Positions 9,136 through 15,895 of a DNA stretch of 61,964 bases are shown here, piece after piece. The position numbers and the translations under genes were made by a program. Under the pieces are notes generated by a model, which saw only the letters and a list, made by a program, of their open reading frames with translations, ran no database searches and was not told where the DNA came from. Location: the IMG/VR virus record IMGVR_UViG_3300029944_000009; one strand, given 5' to 3'. The DNA comes from a virus. Position 1 is the first letter of the stretch. Every line of letters starts with the position of its first letter.

Positions 9136-9723
9136 TCAATAGCAGTGATAGTTAACCCAATACGGCTGGTCTTCCGCGCTGTTCGGGTTGAGCCCCGCGC
9201 AAAGAGGGTTTTGATACGGCCGTGCGGGCGCCGCCACAGCAATCGGCGTCGGCACCGTCACTGCATTGCACGGGGTGCCTGCGGCGGTCATGGCCGCCGA
9301 TACATCCTTGTCCTGGCACATAAGCTCTGTAGCGGCCGGGCGGTATCCAAGGGCGAACAGCGCGGCGGCGTTGTTTCTGCGCTCGCAGCCCTTGTCCGTG
9401 GGGTTGGCGGAAAGGCCGAAGCCGAAGCCCAGAATAGATGTGCTGGCGCCCATCGGCAAAGCGCACACATTCGCGCCTGAAGTGACGATGTCCGGGGCCT
9501 GGGTGTTGTTGCGCAGCGTATCATTAGACGTCTCGGCCAGGGTCTGGTTGGCCGGGGTGCTGTAAGTCTCGCTCGTGGAGTAGTTTACCGTGGCGCCGGA
9601 ATTACCGGAGCGGCTGGAGCTGCTCGATCCCGAGCTGGACCCTGATAATGCGTTTTGCGCTTGCGCGCAAAGTGGAAGGAATGTTAAAGTCAGTACCGCG
9701 AGTGAAGAAGTAAGGCGCTTCAT
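9136..9723 (-). CDS. Secreted Ser/Gly-rich, Cys-containing protein with a Sec signal peptide
   Basis: ATG at 9723 follows AAGGAGAC. Signal sequence MKRLTSSLAVLTLTFLPLCAQA-QN. The track ORF extends further upstream, but that extension has no SD. Confidence 0.6.
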   Translation of the reverse strand: MKRLTSSLAVLTLTFLPLCAQAQNALSGSSSGSSSSSRSGNSGATVNYSTSETYSTPANQTLAETSNDTLRNNTQAPDIVTSGANVCALPMGASTSILGFGFGLSANPTDKGCERRNNAAALFALGYRPAATELMCQDKDVSAAMTAAGTPCNAVTVPTPIAVAAPARPYQNPLCAGLNPNSAEDQPYWVNYHCY

Positions 9724-9746
9724 AGCTGTTGTCTCCTTGTGAATGG

Positions 9747-9780
9747 CCCCCGGGTTGTCAGCCCGGGGGTTTTCTGTTTT
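9747..9780 (+). terminator. GC hairpin with a T-run on the + strand, antisense to the local genes
   Basis: CCCCCGGG-TTGTCAG-CCCGGGGG followed by TTTTCTGTTTT. The orientation is opposite to the flanking minus-strand genes. Confidence 0.4.
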
Positions 9781-10123
9781 AGAACCCGCCGAAGCCAGAC
9801 ACGCCGCCACCGACGAAGCCGCCGAGGCTCTCGCCCAGGGATGTGCTGCCGGCTGTCGTACCCGCGTTGCCTTTGGACTTGGCGCCGGAGGTCGCGGCGT
9901 TGGTCGCGTAGGTCTGGGTCGAGTTAACGCCGTTCTTCACACCGGATGTCGCGCTGCCGGTGGTGAAGCCCTGGGTGTTGCCGCCGAAGGAGCTGGAGGA
10001 TACCGAGCTACCGCCCGATACCGAAACAGCGCCGCCAGCACCAAGAGAACCCTGAGTCGAGGAATGCGCCATGGCCGCAGCCGGAAGAGCGAGCGTCAAG
10101 GCGATAATGAAAAGTTTACGCAT
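9779..10123 (-). CDS. Secreted Gly/Ser/Thr-rich low-complexity protein ending in GFGGF
   Basis: Signal peptide MRKLFIIALTLALPAAAMA-HS. GGAG SD upstream. Confidence 0.6.
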   Translation of the reverse strand: MRKLFIIALTLALPAAAMAHSSTQGSLGAGGAVSVSGGSSVSSSSFGGNTQGFTTGSATSGVKNGVNSTQTYATNAATSGAKSKGNAGTTAGSTSLGESLGGFVGGGVSGFGGF

Positions 10124-10192
10124 GTGTTGTCTCCGTGAAAAGCCGCATTGGTCCGTAACTTCCGGGGTCGCGGCGTATCCCCAAAAGAATGC

Positions 10193-10351
10193 TTAAGACA
10201 AGCGTTGCTTGTTGGCAAGCTGCTTCTTCGTCTTCGCGATAATGTGATCGGCTACGAGCTGGGCGTACGTATAATGCCAGGAGGTCTTGTTAATTCCCTT
10301 GGCCTTTTCCCACAGCGCGTCGCACTCGGCGGGGGTCAGGTGCTGTTTCAT
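10193..10351 (-). CDS. Hypothetical 52-aa protein, below the ORF-track size cutoff
   Basis: Hand translation gives MKQHLTPAECDALWEKAKGINKTSWHYTYAQLVADHIIAKTKKQLANKQRLS. It fills an otherwise empty minus-strand gap. The SD is weak. Confidence 0.35.
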   Translation of the reverse strand: MKQHLTPAECDALWEKAKGINKTSWHYTYAQLVADHIIAKTKKQLANKQRLS

Positions 10352-10358
10352 TTTATGC

Positions 10359-10559
10359 TCATTTACTTGCCTCGTGTGTCACAGGTCCGGTTGGGAATCT
10401 GGCATTCGCGGTGCATTGAAACGCCGCACCATAGATACACATCATCTGACCAGGCTTCATGGTGGCGATGGCAGTTAAGCACTCGACAAGAGCTTTTTCG
10501 GTAGGTGTGGCAAAAACCAAATCGACGGGCATTGGGATTTCAATCTGATCTTGGCTCAT
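10359..10559 (-). CDS. Hypothetical protein
   Basis: Track ORF lying directly downstream of the pentapeptide-repeat gene. Confidence 0.5.
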   Translation of the reverse strand: MSQDQIEIPMPVDLVFATPTEKALVECLTAIATMKPGQMMCIYGAAFQCTANARFPTGPVTHEASK

Positions 10560-10568
10560 TTTATTTCC

Positions 10569-11501
10569 TCACAGTACATGCTTCCGGATGTTGTCGCGGA
10601 TCGCGATTGCCTCATCGACCCACTCGATGGCCAGAGAGACAGCTTGGTTATCTTCTGCCTTGTCATCCGGCCTGATCATCGAGAACCATTGCTCACGCGG
10701 TGAGTAGGGGGAGGCGTGGAATGCCACGGCACCGACTTCGATGGTTGTCCCATCGTACTCTTCAATCCCACGCGCCTTAGCCAAGGTGCCGGCGAGGCAC
10801 GAGCATTCACCAGAGTACGTCGAGCCATCAACGCGGCCCTCTACTAGAGCAAGGCGGAGCGCCTCCAGCTCATCCGGCAATCGCAAGACTTCGGCAATAA
10901 GGTCTTGTTTGAAATAGCCCAGGTTCGCACTGCTCAGGTTCGCACCGCCCAGGTCCGCACCGCGCAGGTTCGCAGCGCGCAGGTCCGCACCGTCCAGGTA
11001 CGCACCGTCCAGGTACGCACCGTCCAGGTACGCACCGCCCAGGTTCGCACTGCTCAGGTTCGCACCGTCCAGGTACGCATCGCCCAGGTCCGCACCGCGC
11101 AGGTTCGCACCGCTCAGGTTCGCACCGCGCAGGTTCGCACCGCCCAGGTCCGCACCGCGCAGGTTCGCACCGCTCAGGTTCGCACCGTCCAGGTACGCAT
11201 CGCCCAGGTCCGCACCGCGCAGGTTCGCACCGCTCAGGTTCGCACCGCGCAGGTTCGCACCGCGCAGGTCCGCACCGCGCAGGTCCGCACCGCGCAGGTC
11301 CGCACCGCGCAGGTCCGCACCGCGCAGGTCCGCACCGCGCAGGTCCGCAGCGCTCAGGTCCGCGTTCTCGTTACAAGCCTTCTTGATGGCATACCCGAGC
11401 TGATCGCGATGAGGCTTGGCGGCGATCTCGGGCGGGAGAACGCATTCGTACTGAGTTGCGCTGTTCCATCGATTTTGGATTTTGAAAGATACGTCGGTCA
11501 T
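10569..11501 (-). CDS. Pentapeptide-repeat protein with unique N- and C-terminal domains
   Basis: About 28 consecutive A(D/N)L(R/S/G)G-type pentads. GAGGGGGA SD upstream. The C-terminal domain carries GECSCLAGT. Confidence 0.9.
   Translation of the reverse strand: MTDVSFKIQNRWNSATQYECVLPPEIAAKPHRDQLGYAIKKACNENADLSAADLRGADLRGADLRGADLRGADLRGADLRGANLRGANLSGANLRGADLGDAYLDGANLSGANLRGADLGGANLRGANLSGANLRGADLGDAYLDGANLSSANLGGAYLDGAYLDGAYLDGADLRAANLRGADLGGANLSSANLGYFKQDLIAEVLRLPDELEALRLALVEGRVDGSTYSGECSCLAGTLAKARGIEEYDGTTIEVGAVAFHASPYSPREQWFSMIRPDDKAEDNQAVSLAIEWVDEAIAIRDNIRKHVL
10918..11365 (-). repeat. 15-bp (pentapeptide) coding tandem repeat, including about 6 identical consecutive units
   Basis: caggtccgcaccgcg is repeated perfectly across about 11266-11340. 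Confidence 0.9.
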
Positions 11502-11584
11502 GCTTATTCCCCCTCGTTAATTTCGTAAAAATCGTTCCGGTGGTGCGGTTCAGCCTCCATAGCCTCGCGCATCGTAATCGTCGT

Positions 11585-11794
11585 TCATTTCTTTCTCCAC
11601 CCACCGGTAGCGTCACGGTACCACTGGTTGCTTGGCGTTGTGCAAACGCTATCGATTGGGAGCTGCAGCACGGAAACGGATACGCGCTTGGCTGCTGGCG
11701 CCGCTGGCGAGTTAGCTAAGGCTGTGAGTACGCAACCCATGAGCACCATATTAGCCAGCATCATGGTCATGGCTAGCGCGCCCCACCACATCAC
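11585..11794 (-). CDS. Hypothetical small membrane protein
   Basis: Hydrophobic N-terminus (MMWWGALAMTMMLANMVLMGCVL). Coupled to the upstream ORF. Confidence 0.45.
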   Translation of the reverse strand: MMWWGALAMTMMLANMVLMGCVLTALANSPAAPAAKRVSVSVLQLPIDSVCTTPSNQWYRDATGGWRKK

Positions 11795-12039
11795 CCTAAC
11801 CGCCCGGTGCAGTAGAGCACGATTACGGGCATTACCACCAAAGCAATAGCGGTGACAAAGACGCCGGCCACGTCCAATGCGGTCACGGCCTTGCTCGTGT
11901 TATACTTACCCTTGCGCATGGCCGCCATAGCAGCCCCAAGCGCGTAGGCGAGGGCGGCAAGGCATATCGCGAACAAGACGAGGGCCAGGAAGCCAAAAAC
12001 GACATGGCTGAACACCCAAACGACAAGGCTATACCACAT
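11791..12039 (-). CDS. Hypothetical membrane protein with about 3 TM segments
   Basis: I prefer the ATG at 12039 (MWYSLVVWVF...). The track start at 12060 is a TTG. Confidence 0.5.
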   Translation of the reverse strand: MWYSLVVWVFSHVVFGFLALVLFAICLAALAYALGAAMAAMRKGKYNTSKAVTALDVAGVFVTAIALVVMPVIVLYCTGRLG

Positions 12040-12292
12040 CTGTCTCGTCCCCCAGGACAACCGGCGCGCGGCGTGCGATCATGCGCTTGCCCTCGACCAG
12101 TGTGAAATTGGGATGGTGCATCGCACCAAAGCCCATGAAGTTGGCCAGGCTGCGCGTGTAGTACTGGAACGTATCCACCGAGTAGTACACCACGTCATGC
12201 TCGCCCGTGGTCGCGTTTATGGTTAGCCGGTCGACGGCATACTCCTTGCCGCCGATGTGCAACCAGATATCGCCTGTTTCAGGTATCTTCAT
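12029..12292 (-). CDS. DUF1653-like protein
   Basis: The GGKEYAV...TGEHDVVYYS...YTRSLANF pattern resembles DUF1653. Confidence 0.6.
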   Translation of the reverse strand: MKIPETGDIWLHIGGKEYAVDRLTINATTGEHDVVYYSVDTFQYYTRSLANFMGFGAMHHPNFTLVEGKRMIARRAPVVLGDETDVV

Positions 12293-12307
12293 TTCATGCT
12301 TATCCGG

Positions 12308-13024
12308 TTAGCGCCCATAGTCGGCGTCCGCCGGCACAAAGAGCCGCTCAGTGCGGGGCTCTTTACCGGCCGCGTTCGTGCGAATGTCTGTTTTTGTAGA
12401 GACTTCAAAGGCCACGCGGAAGGACGGCGGGGCGGTGTACTCAGACACGAACACCGCGAACCCCTCAGCGTGCTTGGTCAAACACCAGCCCCAAAAATCG
12501 CCCCAACTGAAAGCCCCCACGGCGCCATATTGCGTCGTGCCGACATATGGTGGGTCGCAGTAGATCACTGCGCGCGGGACAAGGGGGCACGTCCGGTAGT
12601 CTCCGAAATGCCAGCGGACGCCCGCCAAGCCGCGCGCCTTTTTCCTCAACGATGATGCGGCGTTAGCGGCGTAGTTGCGACCCTCGCCGCCGCGTGCGTA
12701 TCCGCCAAACCATTTACCGGCGAACGAGGTCCCGAACCCGATGAACGCCGTGAGAGGGTCTGATGGGTCGCGCCTACGATTTGCGTCCGCGTATTCCTCT
12801 TCGGTGACGCACTGCGGCGGCACCCACCCGTGTGCGAGCGCGACCCACATGTTTATTAGAGCCTCGTTTGCATCGCCGCCTATGCGGTTAGGAGCGGGTT
12901 GTGCGGCCATCATCGCGGCACCACCTACGAATGGTTCTACATACGCGCCGCGCTCCACGACGCATGGGCGCATGAAATCCGCCAGTTTCGCCGCCGTTCG
13001 TTGTTTACCGCCGAAATACCGCAT
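12308..13024 (-). CDS. dam: N6-adenine DNA methyltransferase, Dam/D12 class
   Basis: MRYFGGKQR N-terminus, FVGGAA (motif I) and CDPPY (motif IV). Confidence 0.9.
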   Translation of the reverse strand: MRYFGGKQRTAAKLADFMRPCVVERGAYVEPFVGGAAMMAAQPAPNRIGGDANEALINMWVALAHGWVPPQCVTEEEYADANRRRDPSDPLTAFIGFGTSFAGKWFGGYARGGEGRNYAANAASSLRKKARGLAGVRWHFGDYRTCPLVPRAVIYCDPPYVGTTQYGAVGAFSWGDFWGWCLTKHAEGFAVFVSEYTAPPSFRVAFEVSTKTDIRTNAAGKEPRTERLFVPADADYGR

Positions 13025-13290
13025 TACGTACTCCTGTGGGTGAGAACCGGATAAGCATGCTTCATTTTACCACAATCCATCCATGCTAGGCGCCTAATTT
13101 TGCGCCACCAAAACCACCGCCACGACAAGCCCGCAGCACGCGAGTAACCAGAACAGGGGGTTTGTCATGCGGATACGGGTTTCGAATTGTCAGTCATCAC
13201 TTTTCTCCTGGCAAGTATTTAGGCCGTGTAAGCACTGTAAACGGGGATTTCCGGTAATGCAAGCGCTACTTGCAAATAAAATCGTGCGGG

Positions 13291-13704
13291 TTACCCAGTC
13301 CGCTTCAGGTAAGCGATAGAACAATGGTGCGCGCAGTAGGGCTTGCCTGGTGCGCTGTCCGCTGAGCAGTACCGGGCCGGTGGTCCCATGCGCTCAGGCC
13401 AAGCGCAAGGCTCTACTTGGCGCCTGAACACGACCGCCGGCTTCGCCGCTGCTACCGGCTCTACGATGGCCCGCAGCGTAGCCTTGCGGATACTGAGTTC
13501 GGGCGCGTGCGGCTTGTTTTTGCGCACGATCGGGCTAGGGCGGCGGGGCAGGTTGGATCTGGCGACGCAGCCGACGACCGCGTTTTTAGTTATGCCCATC
13601 AGCTTGCCGATCTGCGACGCTGGTAATTGGGGCTCGGTCTGCAGCCACAAGGCGGCCAGCTTCGCATGCCACGCGGCATCGCGTTCCGGTTTAGGCGTCG
13701 TCAT
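13291..13704 (-). CDS. gcrA: GcrA-like cell-cycle regulator homologue
   Basis: WHAKLAALW...ASQIGKLMGITKNAVVGCVARSNLPRR plus the C-terminal CAWP...YCS...GKPYCAHHCSIAY. ATG chosen at 13704. Confidence 0.8.
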   Translation of the reverse strand: MTTPKPERDAAWHAKLAALWLQTEPQLPASQIGKLMGITKNAVVGCVARSNLPRRPSPIVRKNKPHAPELSIRKATLRAIVEPVAAAKPAVVFRRQVEPCAWPERMGPPARYCSADSAPGKPYCAHHCSIAYLKRTG

Positions 13705-13861
13705 CAGCGCATGTCCTGGATGAGTGGGTCGCCTGGAGCATATTCCAGGTAAACAAGTCCGCCCAGAGCATGGCGCCCTCACGGTCACCGTTCTTAACGC
13801 AGCGGCGCACGCCAGCGAGGGCGTCTTTGGCCAGGGCTATGTAGCTATTGAGATATGTCAA
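13691..13861 (-). CDS. Hypothetical protein, first gene of the leftward arm
   Basis: TTG at 13861 sits 6 nt after AAAGGAGG. An alternative ATG at 13894 has no SD and overlaps the putative -10 box. Confidence 0.4.
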   Translation of the reverse strand: MTYLNSYIALAKDALAGVRRCVKNGDREGAMLWADLFTWNMLQATHSSRTCADDDA

Positions 13862-13889
13862 GTTCAGCCTCCTTTTAGACTTAATACTG

Positions 13890-13918
13890 ACCATAGTTGA
13901 TTGCTCAAAACAACGCAA
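13890..13918 (-). promoter_or_regulatory. Candidate leftward promoter
   Basis: On the minus strand: TTGCGT, 17 nt, TATGGT. Confidence 0.3.
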
Positions 13919-13932
13919 TACCGCCCGCTATA

Positions 13933-14150
13933 TTTTCAGCGACACATTTTATTTTCAGCGACACACTTTTAATGTATCGCCAAAACGGGGTAAATGTATC
14001 GCCATTGTTACATGGCGACACGAAAAGTGTATCGCCGTTTTTAAAAGTGTATCGCCGTTTTCAACAAAAATATAATAAAATCAGTATGTTACATTTTCAG
14101 CGATACACCCCATTTGTGTCGCTGAAAATTTCCACCCAAAATGGCGACAC
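13933..14150. promoter_or_regulatory. AT-rich divergent control region carrying about 10 copies of a GCGAYAC-core motif (operator or iteron array)
   Basis: TTTTCAGCGACAC at 13933 and 13952. ATGTATCGCC at 13972 and 13994. GGCGACAC at 14014 and 14143. 20-bp tandem AAAAGTGTATCGCCGTTTT at 14023 and 14043. Inverted pair 14094-14108 / 14116-14129. TATAAT at 14071. Confidence 0.6.
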
Positions 14151-14246
14151 ATTTCCAGGGTTAGGGCTTTAGCCCTCCCTGGAATGAGCCATTGGGCCGT
14201 TTTTTGTGTGCTTGACTTGTGTCTTCATGTGTGCGAAATTTCCTTT

Positions 14247-14570
14247 ATGATTAGTAAAAACATCGCTAGCCTTAAGATCGGTGAGAGGGCGGCTTTTCGC
14301 GCAAAAGAGTCCTCGCTGTTCTCAGGCATATACCGCATCGTCAAGAAGTTTCCTGAGCACCAGTTCGTGTTGTGGGAGACGACTGAGGACGAAAGGCGGG
14401 CTAATGGCGGTGCCATGTTCTGGGTGCAGCGCTTGCCGAGAGTTGAGGGGCAGTTGCCGATAAACACGGTTACCCAGAGGATGGGGCGCATTGCCCGCAC
14501 CACAACGCGGGAAAGGCTGATCGCGGAAGCGATGGCCACCCTCGAACAAACCGGCCTTGATTTAGTATAA
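14247..14570 (+). CDS. Hypothetical protein, first gene of the rightward arm
   Basis: ATG at 14247 within track ORF 14184..14570. A TTGACT box is at 14212. No clear SD, so the transcript may have a short leader or none. Confidence 0.5.
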   Translation: MISKNIASLKIGERAAFRAKESSLFSGIYRIVKKFPEHQFVLWETTEDERRANGGAMFWVQRLPRVEGQLPINTVTQRMGRIARTTTRERLIAEAMATLEQTGLDLV

Positions 14571-14589
14571 ATTTTACGGGAGCTTCAAA

Positions 14590-14835
14590 ATGGAGAATTG
14601 TTTTCACGAGCATGAAGGAACGGTAACAGAGAAAGCGCTGTTGAGCATTGCCGCGAGCTTGAAGCGGCTGGCTGATGCTAACTGTGCCTCTGCGGGTAAG
14701 AGCATTGACCCATCGGATTATATCAACGCTAAGGACCCAGGGCCGGCTATCCGTGAAGCCCAAGAGCGCGTGGGCGGCGCTACGGCCAACTTGTACCTAG
14801 ACCCAACCGAGTATCCGTTTAGCAGAGCGCTGTGA
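14590..14835 (+). CDS. Hypothetical protein
   Basis: GGGAG SD upstream of the ATG. Confidence 0.55.
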   Translation: MENCFHEHEGTVTEKALLSIAASLKRLADANCASAGKSIDPSDYINAKDPGPAIREAQERVGGATANLYLDPTEYPFSRAL

Positions 14836-15197
14836 GCATTCCTGATAGCGCGCACGAGGCCACTGAGCGCTTGACGCCCCTCGTTGGGCGGGACCGCGCC
14901 AACATGATCATGTCATCGTTCTACGGCGCCTGGAGTTTCGGCTTTGGTTTAGTGGCCGGCGCCGTGGTCAATTGCATGGGCGCGATCCACCAACTGCCGG
15001 AGGCCGAACGCCAGTCTAAATTTCAGTTTGCAGCTGACACGCTAGCTGAGGATCTGGTAGGATGGGTGGAAAGCTGCCTGACGGGCGAGCAACCGGTGAT
15101 GGCCGCGATCATGCCGCACATTGATTTTGTCAAAGACGCCGCGTTCGCTGATCTGGAGACGCTGGCAAAGAACTGGAAAGGCGAGACGGTTCATTGA
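14832..15197 (+). CDS. Hypothetical protein
   Basis: GTGA-coupled to the upstream ORF. Confidence 0.55.
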   Translation: MSIPDSAHEATERLTPLVGRDRANMIMSSFYGAWSFGFGLVAGAVVNCMGAIHQLPEAERQSKFQFAADTLAEDLVGWVESCLTGEQPVMAAIMPHIDFVKDAAFADLETLAKNWKGETVH

Positions 15198-15718
15198 GAC
15201 GCGCTACTAAAGACCGTATCGACCCAATTACTGGCAACGTCAGCAGCACCTTTGTGGGTGTCCGTGGCCCGATGCCTCAGGTGGTGCAGCTCCTTGCCCC
15301 TCGCCGCGTGGAGCCACCTAAAGCCTGGTCAGAAGATTGGGCGGATATGATCGCACGCTATAAGGGTGCCGGGCTAAGCAACGAGCAATGTGCGGAGCTG
15401 GCCGGGGTCAATGTTGACTTCCTCGAAAAGCATTTCAATCACGAGCTCACCAACGGCAAGCAGCTGACCGTGGCTAAGATGGCCGGTAAGCTTATCCAAA
15501 AAGGGCTAGACGGCGATAACGCCTGCCTGATCTTCTACCTCAAGACCCAAGGGCTTTGGCGCGAGACACAGCGCTTCGAGCACACTGGAGCGGACGGCAG
15601 ACCCATCGCGACGATGGGCGTTACAATCGATGCGAGCGACCTGGACGATGATCAGCGCGCGGTGCTGCGGTTAGCGCTAGAGCGCGCGGTTAAAGCCGAA
15701 ACTGACAGAGGAGACTGA
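15194..15718 (+). CDS. terS: Terminase small subunit (putative)
   Basis: Lies immediately upstream of terL. HTH-like segment GLSNEQCAELAGVNVDFL and a CLIFYLKTQGLWRE motif typical of small terminases. Confidence 0.7.
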   Translation: MRRATKDRIDPITGNVSSTFVGVRGPMPQVVQLLAPRRVEPPKAWSEDWADMIARYKGAGLSNEQCAELAGVNVDFLEKHFNHELTNGKQLTVAKMAGKLIQKGLDGDNACLIFYLKTQGLWRETQRFEHTGADGRPIATMGVTIDASDLDDDQRAVLRLALERAVKAETDRGD

Positions 15719-15721
15719 AAG

Positions 15722-15886
15722 ATGACAACAATCATAGTTATAATGGCGTTGGTGTACGCCTTCCGCATCGCTCCGGTGCTGTGCACCTATCTCGCGGGCT
15801 TGGCCTTGTGCCCGATGTACCCAGCTGCCGGTATCATCGTCATATGCGCAGCAGTCTACTTCCATTCGTTCCGTTTAGGATGCTAA
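15722..15886 (+). CDS. 54-aa hydrophobic protein between terS and terL, below the ORF-track cutoff
   Basis: AGGAG SD 6 nt before the ATG. Translation: MTTIIVIMALVYAFRIAPVLCTYLAGLALCPMYPAAGIIVICAAVYFHSFRLGC. Confidence 0.45.
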   Translation: MTTIIVIMALVYAFRIAPVLCTYLAGLALCPMYPAAGIIVICAAVYFHSFRLGC

Positions 15887-15895
15887 GCTGCCTAC

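Noticed and set aside
10905-11528. 207-aa + strand ORF reading (AQVRT)n. Alternate-frame ORFs also occur inside the 60-bp repeats (406..627, 637..924, 61178..61450, 61712..61921).
   Set aside because: These are mirror or alternate frames of the coding tandem repeats. The pentapeptide and 20-aa frames carry real N- and C-terminal domains, SD sequences and fit the operon context.
11502-11588. Small minus-strand ORFs (12 aa and 22 aa) between the pentapeptide gene and the upstream membrane-protein gene
   Set aside because: They are too short, and the region is better explained as the SD (GAGGGGGA) and leader of the pentapeptide gene.
13920-14250. CtrA boxes (TTAA-N7-TTAA), DnaA boxes or GANTC methylation sites in the divergent control region
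   Set aside because: I scanned by eye and found no convincing match. Only the GCGAYAC-type motif is repeated.
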